From a virus: 64,000 nucleotides of DNA. The notes below the pieces were generated by a model. The model did not search any database, was not told the origin of the DNA, and saw only the letters and a program-made list of their open reading frames with translations. This document shows, piece after piece, positions 27,557 through 36,679 of this stretch (position 1 is the stretch's first letter; every line of letters starts with the position of its first letter). The position numbers were made by a program, and so were the translations under genes. The stretch spans positions 64,001-128,000 of IMG/VR virus record IMGVR_UViG_3300045988_126112. One strand, 5' to 3'.

Positions 27557-27769
27557 ATGAAAGAATTTAATGAAGAAAATATAGTTAATGCTTTAAATGA
27601 AATAGATGATACATTGGATGATTTAACAGATTCAATGATATCATTTGCAGAAACATGGGCATCTATAGGAAGAAAAATTAACTTAGTTTTAAACTTAATA
27701 ATAATCGCTGCCTTACTTGGTGGTGGTTATTGTATATATAATATATTAAAATTACAGGGGGTATTATAG
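27557..27769 (+). CDS. Small C-terminally membrane-anchored protein (70 aa)
   Basis: ORF track. C-terminal hydrophobic helix LVLNLIIIAALLGGGYCIYNIL. Confidence 0.6.
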   Translation: MKEFNEENIVNALNEIDDTLDDLTDSMISFAETWASIGRKINLVLNLIIIAALLGGGYCIYNILKLQGVL

Positions 27770-27770
27770 A

Positions 27771-27956
27771 ATGTTTATAAAAGTGAATGATAGATATAAA
27801 AAAGAGTTAAGAATAAATGTAGATAGTATAATGTATTATTTACCTGCTGCTACTAGTGGTACAGAAATAAATTTAAAAGGAAAAATTTATCTCACAGTTT
27901 TAGAATCTGTAGAAGAAATAGATAAGATGATAGAATTAGCACAACATAATAAATAA
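27771..27956 (+). CDS. Hypothetical protein (61 aa)
   Basis: ORF track; terminator at 27962-27997. Confidence 0.55.
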   Translation: MFIKVNDRYKKELRINVDSIMYYLPAATSGTEINLKGKIYLTVLESVEEIDKMIELAQHNK

Positions 27957-27961
27957 TATGG

Positions 27962-27997
27962 TAGGGGTGGAGAAATTCACCCCTATTTTATTTTTTG
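27962..27997 (+). terminator. Rho-independent terminator
   Basis: taggggtg/caccccta stem followed by ttttatttttt. Confidence 0.75.
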
Positions 27998-28026
27998 CAA
28001 AACATACTATAAAGGAGGTATGTACA

Positions 28027-29433
28027 ATGAAAGATATTGTATTAACTGAAGCTACTAAAAATGCTTCAAAGAATAAACAAAGAAAATATAAATGTCCTTA
28101 CTGTGAAACAAGACTTCCAAAAGAAAAATTAATAACTCATATTGAAAAGAATCATGCTGATATGATTGGTGAAAATTACACAGCAGCAAGAATAGTATTC
28201 AATATGATTAATAAAAAAGAATGTGGTCATTGTGTACAATGTAAGAAAGAAACTCAATGGAACGAAGATACATGGAGATATGAAAGATTTTGTAGTGAAG
28301 AATGCTCTCAAGAATATTCTAAGATAATGAAACAAAGAATGATTAAAACTTATGGAAAAGAGCATTTACTTAACGATCCAGACCAACAAATTAAAATGCT
28401 TAAAAATAGACATATATCTGGAACTTATAAATTTAAAGATGGTGGAAGAAGAGATTATTGTGGTAGCTATGAGCATAAACTTTTAGAATTCTTTGATAAA
28501 GTAATGAATGTACAATCTAAAGATATAATAACTCCTGGTCCTACTATTGAATATAAATATAATGGAGAAAATCTATTCTGGATAACTGATCTTTACTATG
28601 CTCCTGCGAATTTAGTATTCGATGTTAAAGATGGTGGTGATAATCCAAATACTAGAGATATGCCTGAATATAGAGAAAAACAATTTGCTAAAGAACAGGC
28701 TATATCTGAAATGAATCAATATAATTATATTAGACTTACAAATAACAACTTTCAACAACTTCTTTTAATATTAGCTGAAATAAAAGCTAATATGCTTGAA
28801 GAAGATAATCCAGATTACATTATAAGAATAAATGAGTTTATGGTTGGAACTATGAAACCAGTAAATCAAAAATATTTCTTAGCTAAATCTATGATTGATA
28901 ATGTGTTTGTAGATACATATGCTTTTATAGGTAATGAATTATCTCAATGGTATAAAGTATCAGATAATAAACTTGTTAAATGCAATCCATTAAATGATGT
29001 ATGTGAATCATATCATATATTTGAATACAAAGGTAATCCTACTATATTTGAAAATATGATTAAAGATAATCTAAATAAAGAAGTTGAATATAATAAAGAA
29101 TTCTTCTATGAAACTTTAACTGGAAAAGAATTATATTCTAATGAGCAAATCATTTATGATAAAAGAAATTTCAAAATAGTTCCTTCTGTAATGAAAGAAT
29201 ATATGAATAGAATAGCTGTTATTGATTCAACTGTAAAGCATTTCAACGAATTATCTGTATTAGTACAAGATTATGATAAGCAAGAAATGATTAAAAATAA
29301 ATATCCTAACCTAGAATTAAGATGTAATTGGAATGGATATTTTGCTAAGAATACTTTAAATGAATGCGTAAGCCCATATGTAAAAGATATATCTGAATTA
29401 GATGATAGCGTATTAGAAATGCTTAATGGTTAG
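28027..29433 (+). CDS. Zinc-finger protein with possible PD-(D/E)xK-like nuclease core (468 aa)
   Basis: The ATG at 28027 follows AAAGGAGG; the track ORF starts earlier, at 27958, inside the terminator. Motifs: YKCPYCETRLPKEKLITHIEKNH (C2H2-like); CGHCVQCKK...ERFCSEEC (FCS-type); then ...ITDLYYAPANLVFDVKDGG, a candidate D...(D/E)xK. Weak motif-level inference only. Confidence 0.3.
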   Translation: MKDIVLTEATKNASKNKQRKYKCPYCETRLPKEKLITHIEKNHADMIGENYTAARIVFNMINKKECGHCVQCKKETQWNEDTWRYERFCSEECSQEYSKIMKQRMIKTYGKEHLLNDPDQQIKMLKNRHISGTYKFKDGGRRDYCGSYEHKLLEFFDKVMNVQSKDIITPGPTIEYKYNGENLFWITDLYYAPANLVFDVKDGGDNPNTRDMPEYREKQFAKEQAISEMNQYNYIRLTNNNFQQLLLILAEIKANMLEEDNPDYIIRINEFMVGTMKPVNQKYFLAKSMIDNVFVDTYAFIGNELSQWYKVSDNKLVKCNPLNDVCESYHIFEYKGNPTIFENMIKDNLNKEVEYNKEFFYETLTGKELYSNEQIIYDKRNFKIVPSVMKEYMNRIAVIDSTVKHFNELSVLVQDYDKQEMIKNKYPNLELRCNWNGYFAKNTLNECVSPYVKDISELDDSVLEMLNG

Positions 29434-29449
29434 ACTTTATTATTTCAAT

Positions 29450-29460
29450 TATATATTATA
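29450..29460 (+). promoter_or_regulatory. Class I box
   Basis: ttcaatTATATATTATAataaTG. 24 nt upstream of the small ORF at 29484. Confidence 0.55.
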
Positions 29461-29483
29461 ATAATGATAGGGAGGTGATGATA

Positions 29484-29588
29484 ATGAAACTAACTATAAA
29501 AGAGCTAAATATCTTAGCTCAAATTAATCCTGATATGAAAATAAAGGATTTAATTAAAGCAGTAGAAAAAGAAAATAAAAATAAATAA
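29484..29588 (+). CDS. Possible small protein (34 aa)
   Basis: My own translation: MKLTIKELNILAQINPDMKIKDLIKAVEKENKNK. GGAGGTGAT 8 nt upstream; class I box at 29450-29460. Confidence 0.4.
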   Translation: MKLTIKELNILAQINPDMKIKDLIKAVEKENKNK

Positions 29589-29607
29589 AAAGGGAGAGTG
29601 TAGAATT

Positions 29608-30213
29608 ATGGCTATAAAAATTAACAAAGATAGTATAGAATTAACAGGAAAGGAATTTGACATAGTGAGAGGATTTATTGAAATGAATCAAAATGGGGAA
29701 TTAAGTTTAAATTTAGGCAATAAAGATATTACAAATGATGAATATACTATGCCTTCACTAGATGTTGAAGTTATGATGAATACCAGATCTATTTTAAATA
29801 GAGTGGATGGAAACAACCACTATTTAAATTTTGGTGATAAAAACTGTACAGATAAAGAAAAGAAAAAATTATTAGAAAAATTTCTAAATAAAATAGATAG
29901 ACCTGATTTATTAGATACTTTATGTGATGCTTCTGATGATGATATTATAATGGATATATTAGCAGGAACATTAAATATTAGAACTGATGCAGTAAAAGTC
30001 CTATCTATTTTAGATAATATAAATAATTTTATAGGGTTTAAAAACTTTATGTTATTTATATTAGACTTTATAAATTATGAAGATAAATGTAATCATATGG
30101 GACTTGGTAATCCTATGGTTTCACATATTGATAAATACGGAAAATGTGAGATGTGTGGAAAAATTATACCACACGATTCACTAATGATTGCAAAAATGCT
30201 TGAATTAATTTAA
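29608..30213 (+). CDS. Hypothetical protein (201 aa) with C-terminal Cys/His cluster
   Basis: ORF track; GGGAGAG upstream. Cluster: CNHMGLGNPMVSHIDKYGKCEMCGKIIPHD. Confidence 0.65.
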   Translation: MAIKINKDSIELTGKEFDIVRGFIEMNQNGELSLNLGNKDITNDEYTMPSLDVEVMMNTRSILNRVDGNNHYLNFGDKNCTDKEKKKLLEKFLNKIDRPDLLDTLCDASDDDIIMDILAGTLNIRTDAVKVLSILDNINNFIGFKNFMLFILDFINYEDKCNHMGLGNPMVSHIDKYGKCEMCGKIIPHDSLMIAKMLELI

Positions 30214-30224
30214 CTAAAAAAGGG

Positions 30225-30542
30225 ATGATTGAGTTGAAACTTATTTACACAAAAAGGCAATTCAAAGTGTTCTATAGTGAAGAACACAAAAATTATCTAG
30301 TATTGAATGTAAAAAAATCTTTTAATGAAGGTCACACACATATTCAACACTATAACCAAACTTTGTATTTAATAGATTGTGTAATTAAGAATAAAATACC
30401 AAAGAAATGCAATAAATATTTTCTAGTTAGTTTAACTAGATTGGCTAAAGATAAAAAATATATAGAAAGAATTGAAAGAGTTCTTAATGGGGAAGAACCT
30501 AAGCAAAGCTATAGGAACGTCCCTAAGAACTTTAGAAAATAA
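30225..30542 (+). CDS. Hypothetical protein (105 aa)
   Basis: ORF track; terminator at 30549-30580. Confidence 0.55.
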   Translation: MIELKLIYTKRQFKVFYSEEHKNYLVLNVKKSFNEGHTHIQHYNQTLYLIDCVIKNKIPKKCNKYFLVSLTRLAKDKKYIERIERVLNGEEPKQSYRNVPKNFRK

Positions 30543-30548
30543 CAAATA

Positions 30549-30580
30549 AAAGAGGTATTAAGTTACCTCTTTTATTTTTT
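30549..30580 (+). terminator. Rho-independent terminator
   Basis: aaagaggta/tacctcttt stem followed by tatttttt. Confidence 0.8.
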
Positions 30581-30599
30581 GCCAAAACTATTAAATAAG

Positions 30600-30610
30600 T
30601 ATATATTATA
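30600..30610 (+). promoter_or_regulatory. Class I box (TA instead of TG downstream)
   Basis: aagTATATATTATAttaaTA. After the terminator at 30549-30580; 27 nt upstream of 30637. Confidence 0.5.
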
Positions 30611-30636
30611 TTAATATAATAAAGGAGGAATATATT

Positions 30637-33252
30637 ATGAACTTTGAAGGATTAGGAACAATTTATGAATCATTAGGACAATATGATCAAATACCAATGA
30701 CTGAAGAGAATATTAAGAAATACAAATCTAAAGCTAAAGGATTATCTCATATAAGAACTGGCAAAGATTATACAGGTACTATAATTTTAGATAATAAAGA
30801 CGTAGTAGGCTTTTATAATCTTAGAAAATCTGATAGATATATCCAAGCTTTAGAGGTTAGTGAGAATTATCAATCTAAAGGTATTGGAAGTCAATTACTT
30901 CAAGAATGTATTAATAAAGGAGCAACTAAATTATCTGTAAACAAGAAAAATGAAAAAGCTATTAATCTTTATAAGAAAAGAAACTTTAAAGTTGTTAAAG
31001 AAGATAATACCATGTATTATATGGAATTAAATAAAAAGGTACATGGGCTAAAAGAAAGTTATAGTAATATACCAGAACTTAATGAAGATTATAAGAAATA
31101 TATTACTCAAAATTTTGAAGATACTTTAAAAGCTGAAGAAGAAAGTATTGAAAAATTTGGTCTTTCTATTAGAGAAAGATATGAAAATATATTCGATGAT
31201 ATTTGCTCAAGACAATATCTAAATGAAAATGTAAATGAATCTACAGCTTTACAAAATGAAGATTTTGTAAGATCCGTTGGATATCAAATTCCTACAGACA
31301 ATATAACTTGCTTACCTTATTTTACACCACAAGAACTTGAAGATATTGTATTTAAAGAAGGAGTTGAACAACCTGAATGGTTTAAAGAATATAAACTTCT
31401 TCAAAATGGTATAGTTAGTGAAAGATTTATAGAATTGAATAAGCAAAGACTTAATGATTTATATGAAAATATAAATGAAGATTCTAATACTATATTAAAA
31501 CTTGGGTGGACTCCTGATATTCCATTAACTAGTGATAATTTAGAAAAGGTATCTGCAACTACAGCGTTTAGAATTAGATGCAATCTATGTACTAATGAAT
31601 TTTATGATGCTACTTCTATACACGATGATGAGTATATTAAAGAATCTATAGAAACAGGTAAATATATTTATGTAGATATCGACAAATTTATTACAGGAAA
31701 AAATAATGTTTGTTTAATTACTGGATTATCTGGAAGTGGTAAAACTACTCTAGCTAAAGAAATGGCATCTAAATATAATGCTACTATTGTTTCTTTAGAT
31801 AGTTTTACTGGAAAATATGGAGAAATTAATCATGATCCTGTATTAGATTCTTATATGAAAAAGAATAAAAAACTTGCTAAAGATTTAGAAGAAGGAAATT
31901 TAGATAATAATGCTATAGCTTATGAAATGGATAAATATCTACAATATGCTATTTCATATTGTAATAAAGATACTAATAATAAATATATTATAGAAGGAGT
32001 TCAAATATATTGGTTAATGAATGGTAAAGACCTTAAAGGTTGCTCATTAGTTTGCGTAGACGCTTCTGCTGTAAAAAGTGCATTACAAAGAGTTAAAAGA
32101 TCTAATAAATTAAATAAAGAAGCTAATACAAATTTAATAGGTAAATTATCAGATGCTTTACAATCTGCAAAAATTAATAAAGATGATGTTAGAGGTTATA
32201 AAGACTTCAAAAAGGAAGTAAGAGAAGGATTAACTGAAGCTACTAAAGATAATAAAAATCCTGTATATATAATACTTGTATATACAGCATCACCATTTGG
32301 AAAAATGATTAAAGAATATACACATGGAATATATACACATGCAGCTATGTCTTTAGATAATACTTTAAATAAACTTTATAGTTTTAATCTAAATAATCAA
32401 TTTAATAAACTTGGTGGATTTAGTATTGAATCTATAGAGGGTTATAAAAAAGATAATAAAGATGCTATAATGTGTGTATATACTACATTCATAGATGATG
32501 ATAAGAAAAGAAAACTAGACAAACAAATAAATTACTTTATAGGTAATATAGATAAAACTAAATATAGTATTATAAATGTGCTTGGCTTAATTGCAAATAA
32601 GCCTATAGAATTAGCTAATGATATGATATGTAGTCAATTTGTTGATAGAATGCTTAAGTCTGTAGATATAGACGTTACTGGTATGGCTAGTTCTTTAGTA
32701 ACTCCAAATGATATTTATAAATCAACTTCTAATAAAATATATAAAGTTTATGAAGGAAGAGTTGATGAATATAATCATAAGAAAATTCAAGCTAAAGTTA
32801 ATAAACTTAGACGTTCTAGTATAACTGAAGCTAAATCTGCTCCAGTACAATTTGATAAAGATGGTAATCTTCTTATTATAAAAAATATAAAAGATGTACA
32901 AGAAGAATATAATAAATGCCATAAGTTACTTCTATCTTATGATTCTTCAGGAAATATAGAAGGGATGAAGCATGAGTTATATAAATTATGGTATCTTAAT
33001 CTTATACTTGAAAGAAAGATATATAAGAATAAGAAACCTGAAAAAGAATATCATGATATGAGAGCAAGAATACTTAATGATTTTAATAAGTATCTTAAAA
33101 TAGTAAATAAAGCTGAACCAGACTTTGATTTCACATCTGGTTATGAAGAATCGCCATATAGTGATGCAGCTATTAAAATCCATTCTCATACTTTGAAATA
33201 TGGAGTTAAGTATTCTAAATCATTATTTAAGCTATTTGAAACTGTTTTATAA
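30637..33252 (+). CDS. Multidomain early protein (871 aa): N-terminal GNAT acetyltransferase, central P-loop NTPase/kinase-like module, C-terminal permuted papain-like (YiiX/C92-like) module
   Basis: GNAT motif A: IQALEVSENYQSKGIGSQLLQ...AINLYKKRNFKVV. Walker A: ITGLSGSGKTTLAKEM. C-terminal His-before-Cys pattern: YTHGIYTHAAMSL ... NDMICSQFVDRML. Class I box at 30600-30610. The GNAT and P-loop calls are solid; the peptidase call is tentative. Confidence 0.6.
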   Translation: MNFEGLGTIYESLGQYDQIPMTEENIKKYKSKAKGLSHIRTGKDYTGTIILDNKDVVGFYNLRKSDRYIQALEVSENYQSKGIGSQLLQECINKGATKLSVNKKNEKAINLYKKRNFKVVKEDNTMYYMELNKKVHGLKESYSNIPELNEDYKKYITQNFEDTLKAEEESIEKFGLSIRERYENIFDDICSRQYLNENVNESTALQNEDFVRSVGYQIPTDNITCLPYFTPQELEDIVFKEGVEQPEWFKEYKLLQNGIVSERFIELNKQRLNDLYENINEDSNTILKLGWTPDIPLTSDNLEKVSATTAFRIRCNLCTNEFYDATSIHDDEYIKESIETGKYIYVDIDKFITGKNNVCLITGLSGSGKTTLAKEMASKYNATIVSLDSFTGKYGEINHDPVLDSYMKKNKKLAKDLEEGNLDNNAIAYEMDKYLQYAISYCNKDTNNKYIIEGVQIYWLMNGKDLKGCSLVCVDASAVKSALQRVKRSNKLNKEANTNLIGKLSDALQSAKINKDDVRGYKDFKKEVREGLTEATKDNKNPVYIILVYTASPFGKMIKEYTHGIYTHAAMSLDNTLNKLYSFNLNNQFNKLGGFSIESIEGYKKDNKDAIMCVYTTFIDDDKKRKLDKQINYFIGNIDKTKYSIINVLGLIANKPIELANDMICSQFVDRMLKSVDIDVTGMASSLVTPNDIYKSTSNKIYKVYEGRVDEYNHKKIQAKVNKLRRSSITEAKSAPVQFDKDGNLLIIKNIKDVQEEYNKCHKLLLSYDSSGNIEGMKHELYKLWYLNLILERKIYKNKKPEKEYHDMRARILNDFNKYLKIVNKAEPDFDFTSGYEESPYSDAAIKIHSHTLKYGVKYSKSLFKLFETVL

Positions 33253-33253
33253 T

Positions 33254-33264
33254 CATATATTATA
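33254..33264 (+). promoter_or_regulatory. Class I box
   Basis: aatCATATATTATAaaagTG. 38 nt upstream of the Nudix ATG at 33302. Confidence 0.55.
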
Positions 33265-33301
33265 AAAGTGTAACAAAATAAATTATATTGGAGGTATGTA
33301 T

Positions 33302-33793
33302 ATGAACATGCATGCGATAGGACTAGTAATAATAAATGAAAAGGATGAAATATTGATATTAGATCATAATAAGTTTAATATCAAAACAGTTCCAGTAGGA
33401 AAAATAGAAGAAGGTGAATCTATATACAATGCACTTCATAGAGAAATAAAAGAAGAAATTGGTGTAGAATTCAGTAATGAAATATTATTAGCAGATAGCT
33501 ATGTAAGATATGAAAATATAGAACGTAGCTTTGAATATGTATTTGTTGTTAATACAAAAGATATAAAAGGTAAACCTAGAAATATGGAACCACAAAAACA
33601 TTCTGATATGTATTGGGTTCCAATAGATAAATTGCCTGAAATAGGTAGACTTGGAACAGCAACTCATATATTTATGGAATGCTTAAACAAGGGTTATGCG
33701 ACAAATAAAAATCATGAGTTTAAAATAATTAAGCATAATAAAGTTTGTAATCTAGAAAGAGATTATGACCCAGCACTATATATAATACAATAA
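33302..33793 (+). CDS. Nudix hydrolase (163 aa)
   Basis: Complete Nudix box GX5EX7REUXEEXGU: GKIEEGESIYNALHREIKEEIGV. I prefer the ATG at 33302 (7 nt after GGAGG) over the track start at 33296. Class I box at 33254-33264. Confidence 0.85.
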   Translation: MNMHAIGLVIINEKDEILILDHNKFNIKTVPVGKIEEGESIYNALHREIKEEIGVEFSNEILLADSYVRYENIERSFEYVFVVNTKDIKGKPRNMEPQKHSDMYWVPIDKLPEIGRLGTATHIFMECLNKGYATNKNHEFKIIKHNKVCNLERDYDPALYIIQ

Positions 33794-33813
33794 AATATAT
33801 TGGGGGAATAATT

Positions 33814-34203
33814 ATGGTGGTATTAGATGCAATAAAAAATACATTACAAGCTAGACAACTAAATGAAAAAAGAATTAATAATAGAATAGAACTGGATATT
33901 TGTCCAGTTCTATTTATTCCTAAAGATGGAATGGCTAGAGAAAGATATATGCTAAAACCAGATGAGAAAGTTATAGGAATAACTGGATGGATATTTAGTA
34001 GTAATGATTCTCAAATGATACAATTAGTATCTGTGAATAAAAAAATAATTATATTGGACGATATAATATATCCAATATACAAGAAAGATGTTGAGATTAG
34101 TATAGTAAATAAAACTAAAAAAGATTTTGAGTTATCTTCAGGTCATTGTTTAGCTAAAGCAATATTACAACCTGAAGTAACTAGAATAAATATTTTAAAA
34201 TAA
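33814..34203 (+). CDS. Hypothetical protein (129 aa), possibly a degenerate dUTPase-fold protein
   Basis: By eye it aligns with trimeric dUTPases: IELDIC (vs AGLDL), LKPDEKVIGITGWIF (vs LAPGDTTLVPTGLAI), EISIVNKTKKDFELSSGHCLAKAILQPEV (vs [30 protein letters not shown]). It lacks a clear RSG motif, the GxxDxxYxG motif and the C-terminal motif 5. Confidence 0.3.
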   Translation: MVVLDAIKNTLQARQLNEKRINNRIELDICPVLFIPKDGMARERYMLKPDEKVIGITGWIFSSNDSQMIQLVSVNKKIIILDDIIYPIYKKDVEISIVNKTKKDFELSSGHCLAKAILQPEVTRINILK

Positions 34204-34221
34204 TTAAAGGGGGATTTTAGT

Positions 34222-34707
34222 ATGAATAATAAATTAATGATAGCAGGTGGATTAGTAGTAGCAGGTATAACAGTAGGAGGTTTAAACTCAGAAACTAATG
34301 CAATGGAATTACCTAACTACTATGTAACTTTAAGAGGATGCACAATAATGAGTCATCCTTCTAAATATAGCGAGATAATAACCAATGTTGACAAAAATGA
34401 ACTATTAGAAATAATCACTTATAGCAAATCAGGAAACTGGGCTAAAGTAAAATATAATGGTCATATAGGATGGTCAATGACTAAATACTTACATGTATAT
34501 GAAGATGATTTAGAAAGTGATGCAACAGTAAAAGCATATGCTTTAAATCTAAGAAGTAAACCATCTACTACAAATGGTAGAGTATTAAAAACTTTAAAGA
34601 AAGGAACTCCATTAGTAATACTTAAAAAATCTGGTGGATGGTATTATGTAAAACCTATAGATGGTGTAGGTATAAGAGGTTGGGTATCAGCTAAATATGT
34701 TGGATAG
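34222..34707 (+). CDS. Membrane-anchored or secreted protein with two SH3b domains (161 aa)
   Basis: N-terminal hydrophobic segment LMIAGGLVVAGITVGGL. Two SH3_3-like repeats: SGNWAKVKYNGHIGWSMTKYL and SGGWYYVKPIDGVGIRGWVSAKYV. Confidence 0.65.
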   Translation: MNNKLMIAGGLVVAGITVGGLNSETNAMELPNYYVTLRGCTIMSHPSKYSEIITNVDKNELLEIITYSKSGNWAKVKYNGHIGWSMTKYLHVYEDDLESDATVKAYALNLRSKPSTTNGRVLKTLKKGTPLVILKKSGGWYYVKPIDGVGIRGWVSAKYVG

Positions 34708-34709
34708 AG

Positions 34710-35630
34710 GTGACAATATTGAAAAATGTATTAATTGGAACAATTTACTACAATAAAAAGAAACAATTGTTTAAAGTAGTAAGTATTAAAAAGAATGACA
34801 AATATATTCTTCAAGATGAGAATAAAGAATTAAAAACAGTAACTAAAAAGCAGTTGATGCAAGGTTATACTAGATTAAAACCAGCAGGATATATTGTATT
34901 CTCTGTTGTAGAGTTTAATGATGATAAAGATGTAATCGTAGCTCTATATAGAGAAAAGCAATCTCAAAAGGAAGCTCAATATGAGCTTCCTTATTGTGTT
35001 TGTAGGCAAAATGTTATAAATATTTTTAGTAAGCAATTAGATAATATAGATAGAGTCGGAATGTCTGTATCATTAGACACTTCTGATATTGATACTGTAT
35101 TAGCTATGACAAATTGCAGTAAAATTGATACAGCAATAGCTGTATCTGTATATCTTAATAATACTTTACAAGATATATTAGCATTATTTGATAATCATTA
35201 CTTTGATGCAGCATTACAAAGTATGAGATTTAATAAACTTGGATTTATTCCAGGTTATTGTGATTTACTTGAAGAATTACTAATTCAAGAAGATTTCATG
35301 TATGATTTTTGTACAGGATTTGGAATTGAAAAAGTTGATTTTCCAATCAATATCATAAATGAAGAAACTGGATATGTAGATCCAATTCAAACAGTATTAT
35401 TAGAAAAGACTTTTTCAGTAGAAGTCTTCGATGCTTTTGCATTTGAGTTTGATTATACAATCAGACTTAAAGATATACAAAAACAATACAAATTAGTTTT
35501 CTCTGTTCCTGATAATAAACTATATGTCATAGCATTTACTGAAGGTAAATACTATAATGATTATGCTAGAAAAGAGATTAAGAATATGAGAAATACTATA
35601 TTTGAAAACTCTAAGTTGTTAAGTGATTAA
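34710..35630 (+). CDS. Hypothetical protein (about 303-306 aa)
   Basis: ORF track (GTG at 34710). The TTG at 34719 is better spaced from AGAGGTG, so the start is uncertain. Confidence 0.6.
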   Translation: MTILKNVLIGTIYYNKKKQLFKVVSIKKNDKYILQDENKELKTVTKKQLMQGYTRLKPAGYIVFSVVEFNDDKDVIVALYREKQSQKEAQYELPYCVCRQNVINIFSKQLDNIDRVGMSVSLDTSDIDTVLAMTNCSKIDTAIAVSVYLNNTLQDILALFDNHYFDAALQSMRFNKLGFIPGYCDLLEELLIQEDFMYDFCTGFGIEKVDFPINIINEETGYVDPIQTVLLEKTFSVEVFDAFAFEFDYTIRLKDIQKQYKLVFSVPDNKLYVIAFTEGKYYNDYARKEIKNMRNTIFENSKLLSD

Positions 35631-35642
35631 AAATAATTCAAT

Positions 35643-35656
35643 TAACAACATTATAA
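35643..35656 (+). promoter_or_regulatory. Class II box
   Basis: caatTAACAacattaTAAaaa. 84 nt upstream of 35738 and 14 nt upstream of a class I box. Confidence 0.45.
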
Positions 35657-35669
35657 AAACAATTATAAC

Positions 35670-35680
35670 CATATATTATA
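35670..35680 (+). promoter_or_regulatory. Class I box
   Basis: aacCATATATTATAgtatTG. Its 3' end starts the hairpin at 35679-35710. Confidence 0.55.
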
Positions 35681-35737
35681 GTATTGAGATATATATAAGT
35701 CTCAATACTATATTAAAAAAATTAGGAGGTAATATCT

Positions 35738-36607
35738 ATGGAAAACAATTATAATAATATGAACGGTCAACAAATGCAACAAGGAGCTGGTAATATAAAT
35801 ACTGAGTTCCAACAAAAAATACAAGCTGGTACAATATCAGCAAATGGAGGACTTGACAATTATGAAATAACAACAGAAAATAATATATCAATGAAAGTTA
35901 GTTCTTATTGTGAATTAATAACAAATGTTGATTTAGCAAAAAGAATAACTTCAACATTAAAATTACTATTCTGTGATTACAAAGGAACATTTGTAGATAT
36001 GGATGGTAATGGTCAAATACAAGTTGTATTATGGTTTGATCCTAACATGAGAAATGGAGAAGGCATTAAAGCAGTAGAAAGAAATGACTTAGCTTTAAAA
36101 GGAACTGGAAGTAAAGTTGCTGAGTTAAAAAATATGAATACAATAATGTCAGGTAATGCTAGACAATATGTAGTAACTAATCAAGGTAAATCATTATTAG
36201 CTAAATTTATAGGTGGAGATCCAAATAAAATAAATTGGAGAAACCATGTAGGCTACTATGATGCCAAACCACAACAATATGCAACAAATAATAGAGAAAC
36301 ATTGGTAAAAATAACTGGATGCAATATAAGAAACATATTAAGATTCATCCATGGTTCTAAAGTTGAAGTAGATAATGATTCAAAACAACCAGAACATGCA
36401 GTATCTTATGATGTTAAGTTTGTTTCTTTTATGAAACCAAATAGAATGCCACAATATCAAATGAATCCATATGGCGTAGTTGTACAAATGAATCAACAAC
36501 AAGAATTCTTATTACAAATACTTTGTATAGACAACGTGTTAATGGATGAATTGAAAAATACAATGGGTATAAATCCAAGCTTAATGGGTTCTATACAAAT
36601 GTATTAA
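35738..36607 (+). CDS. Hypothetical abundant-looking protein (289 aa) with Q/N-rich N-terminus
   Basis: ORF track; AGGAGG upstream. Preceded by both a class II box (35643-35656) and a class I box (35670-35680), plus an 11-bp 5' hairpin. Terminator at 36629-36666. Confidence 0.75.
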   Translation: MENNYNNMNGQQMQQGAGNINTEFQQKIQAGTISANGGLDNYEITTENNISMKVSSYCELITNVDLAKRITSTLKLLFCDYKGTFVDMDGNGQIQVVLWFDPNMRNGEGIKAVERNDLALKGTGSKVAELKNMNTIMSGNARQYVVTNQGKSLLAKFIGGDPNKINWRNHVGYYDAKPQQYATNNRETLVKITGCNIRNILRFIHGSKVEVDNDSKQPEHAVSYDVKFVSFMKPNRMPQYQMNPYGVVVQMNQQQEFLLQILCIDNVLMDELKNTMGINPSLMGSIQMY

Positions 36608-36628
36608 TAATCAATATAAATTCAAAAA

Positions 36629-36666
36629 GGAGAGATGCATTCAGTTGCATCTCTTTTATTTTTTTA
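36629..36666 (+). terminator. Rho-independent terminator
   Basis: agagatgca/tgcatctct stem followed by tttattttttt. Confidence 0.8.
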
Positions 36667-36679
36667 GGAGGTAAATAAA

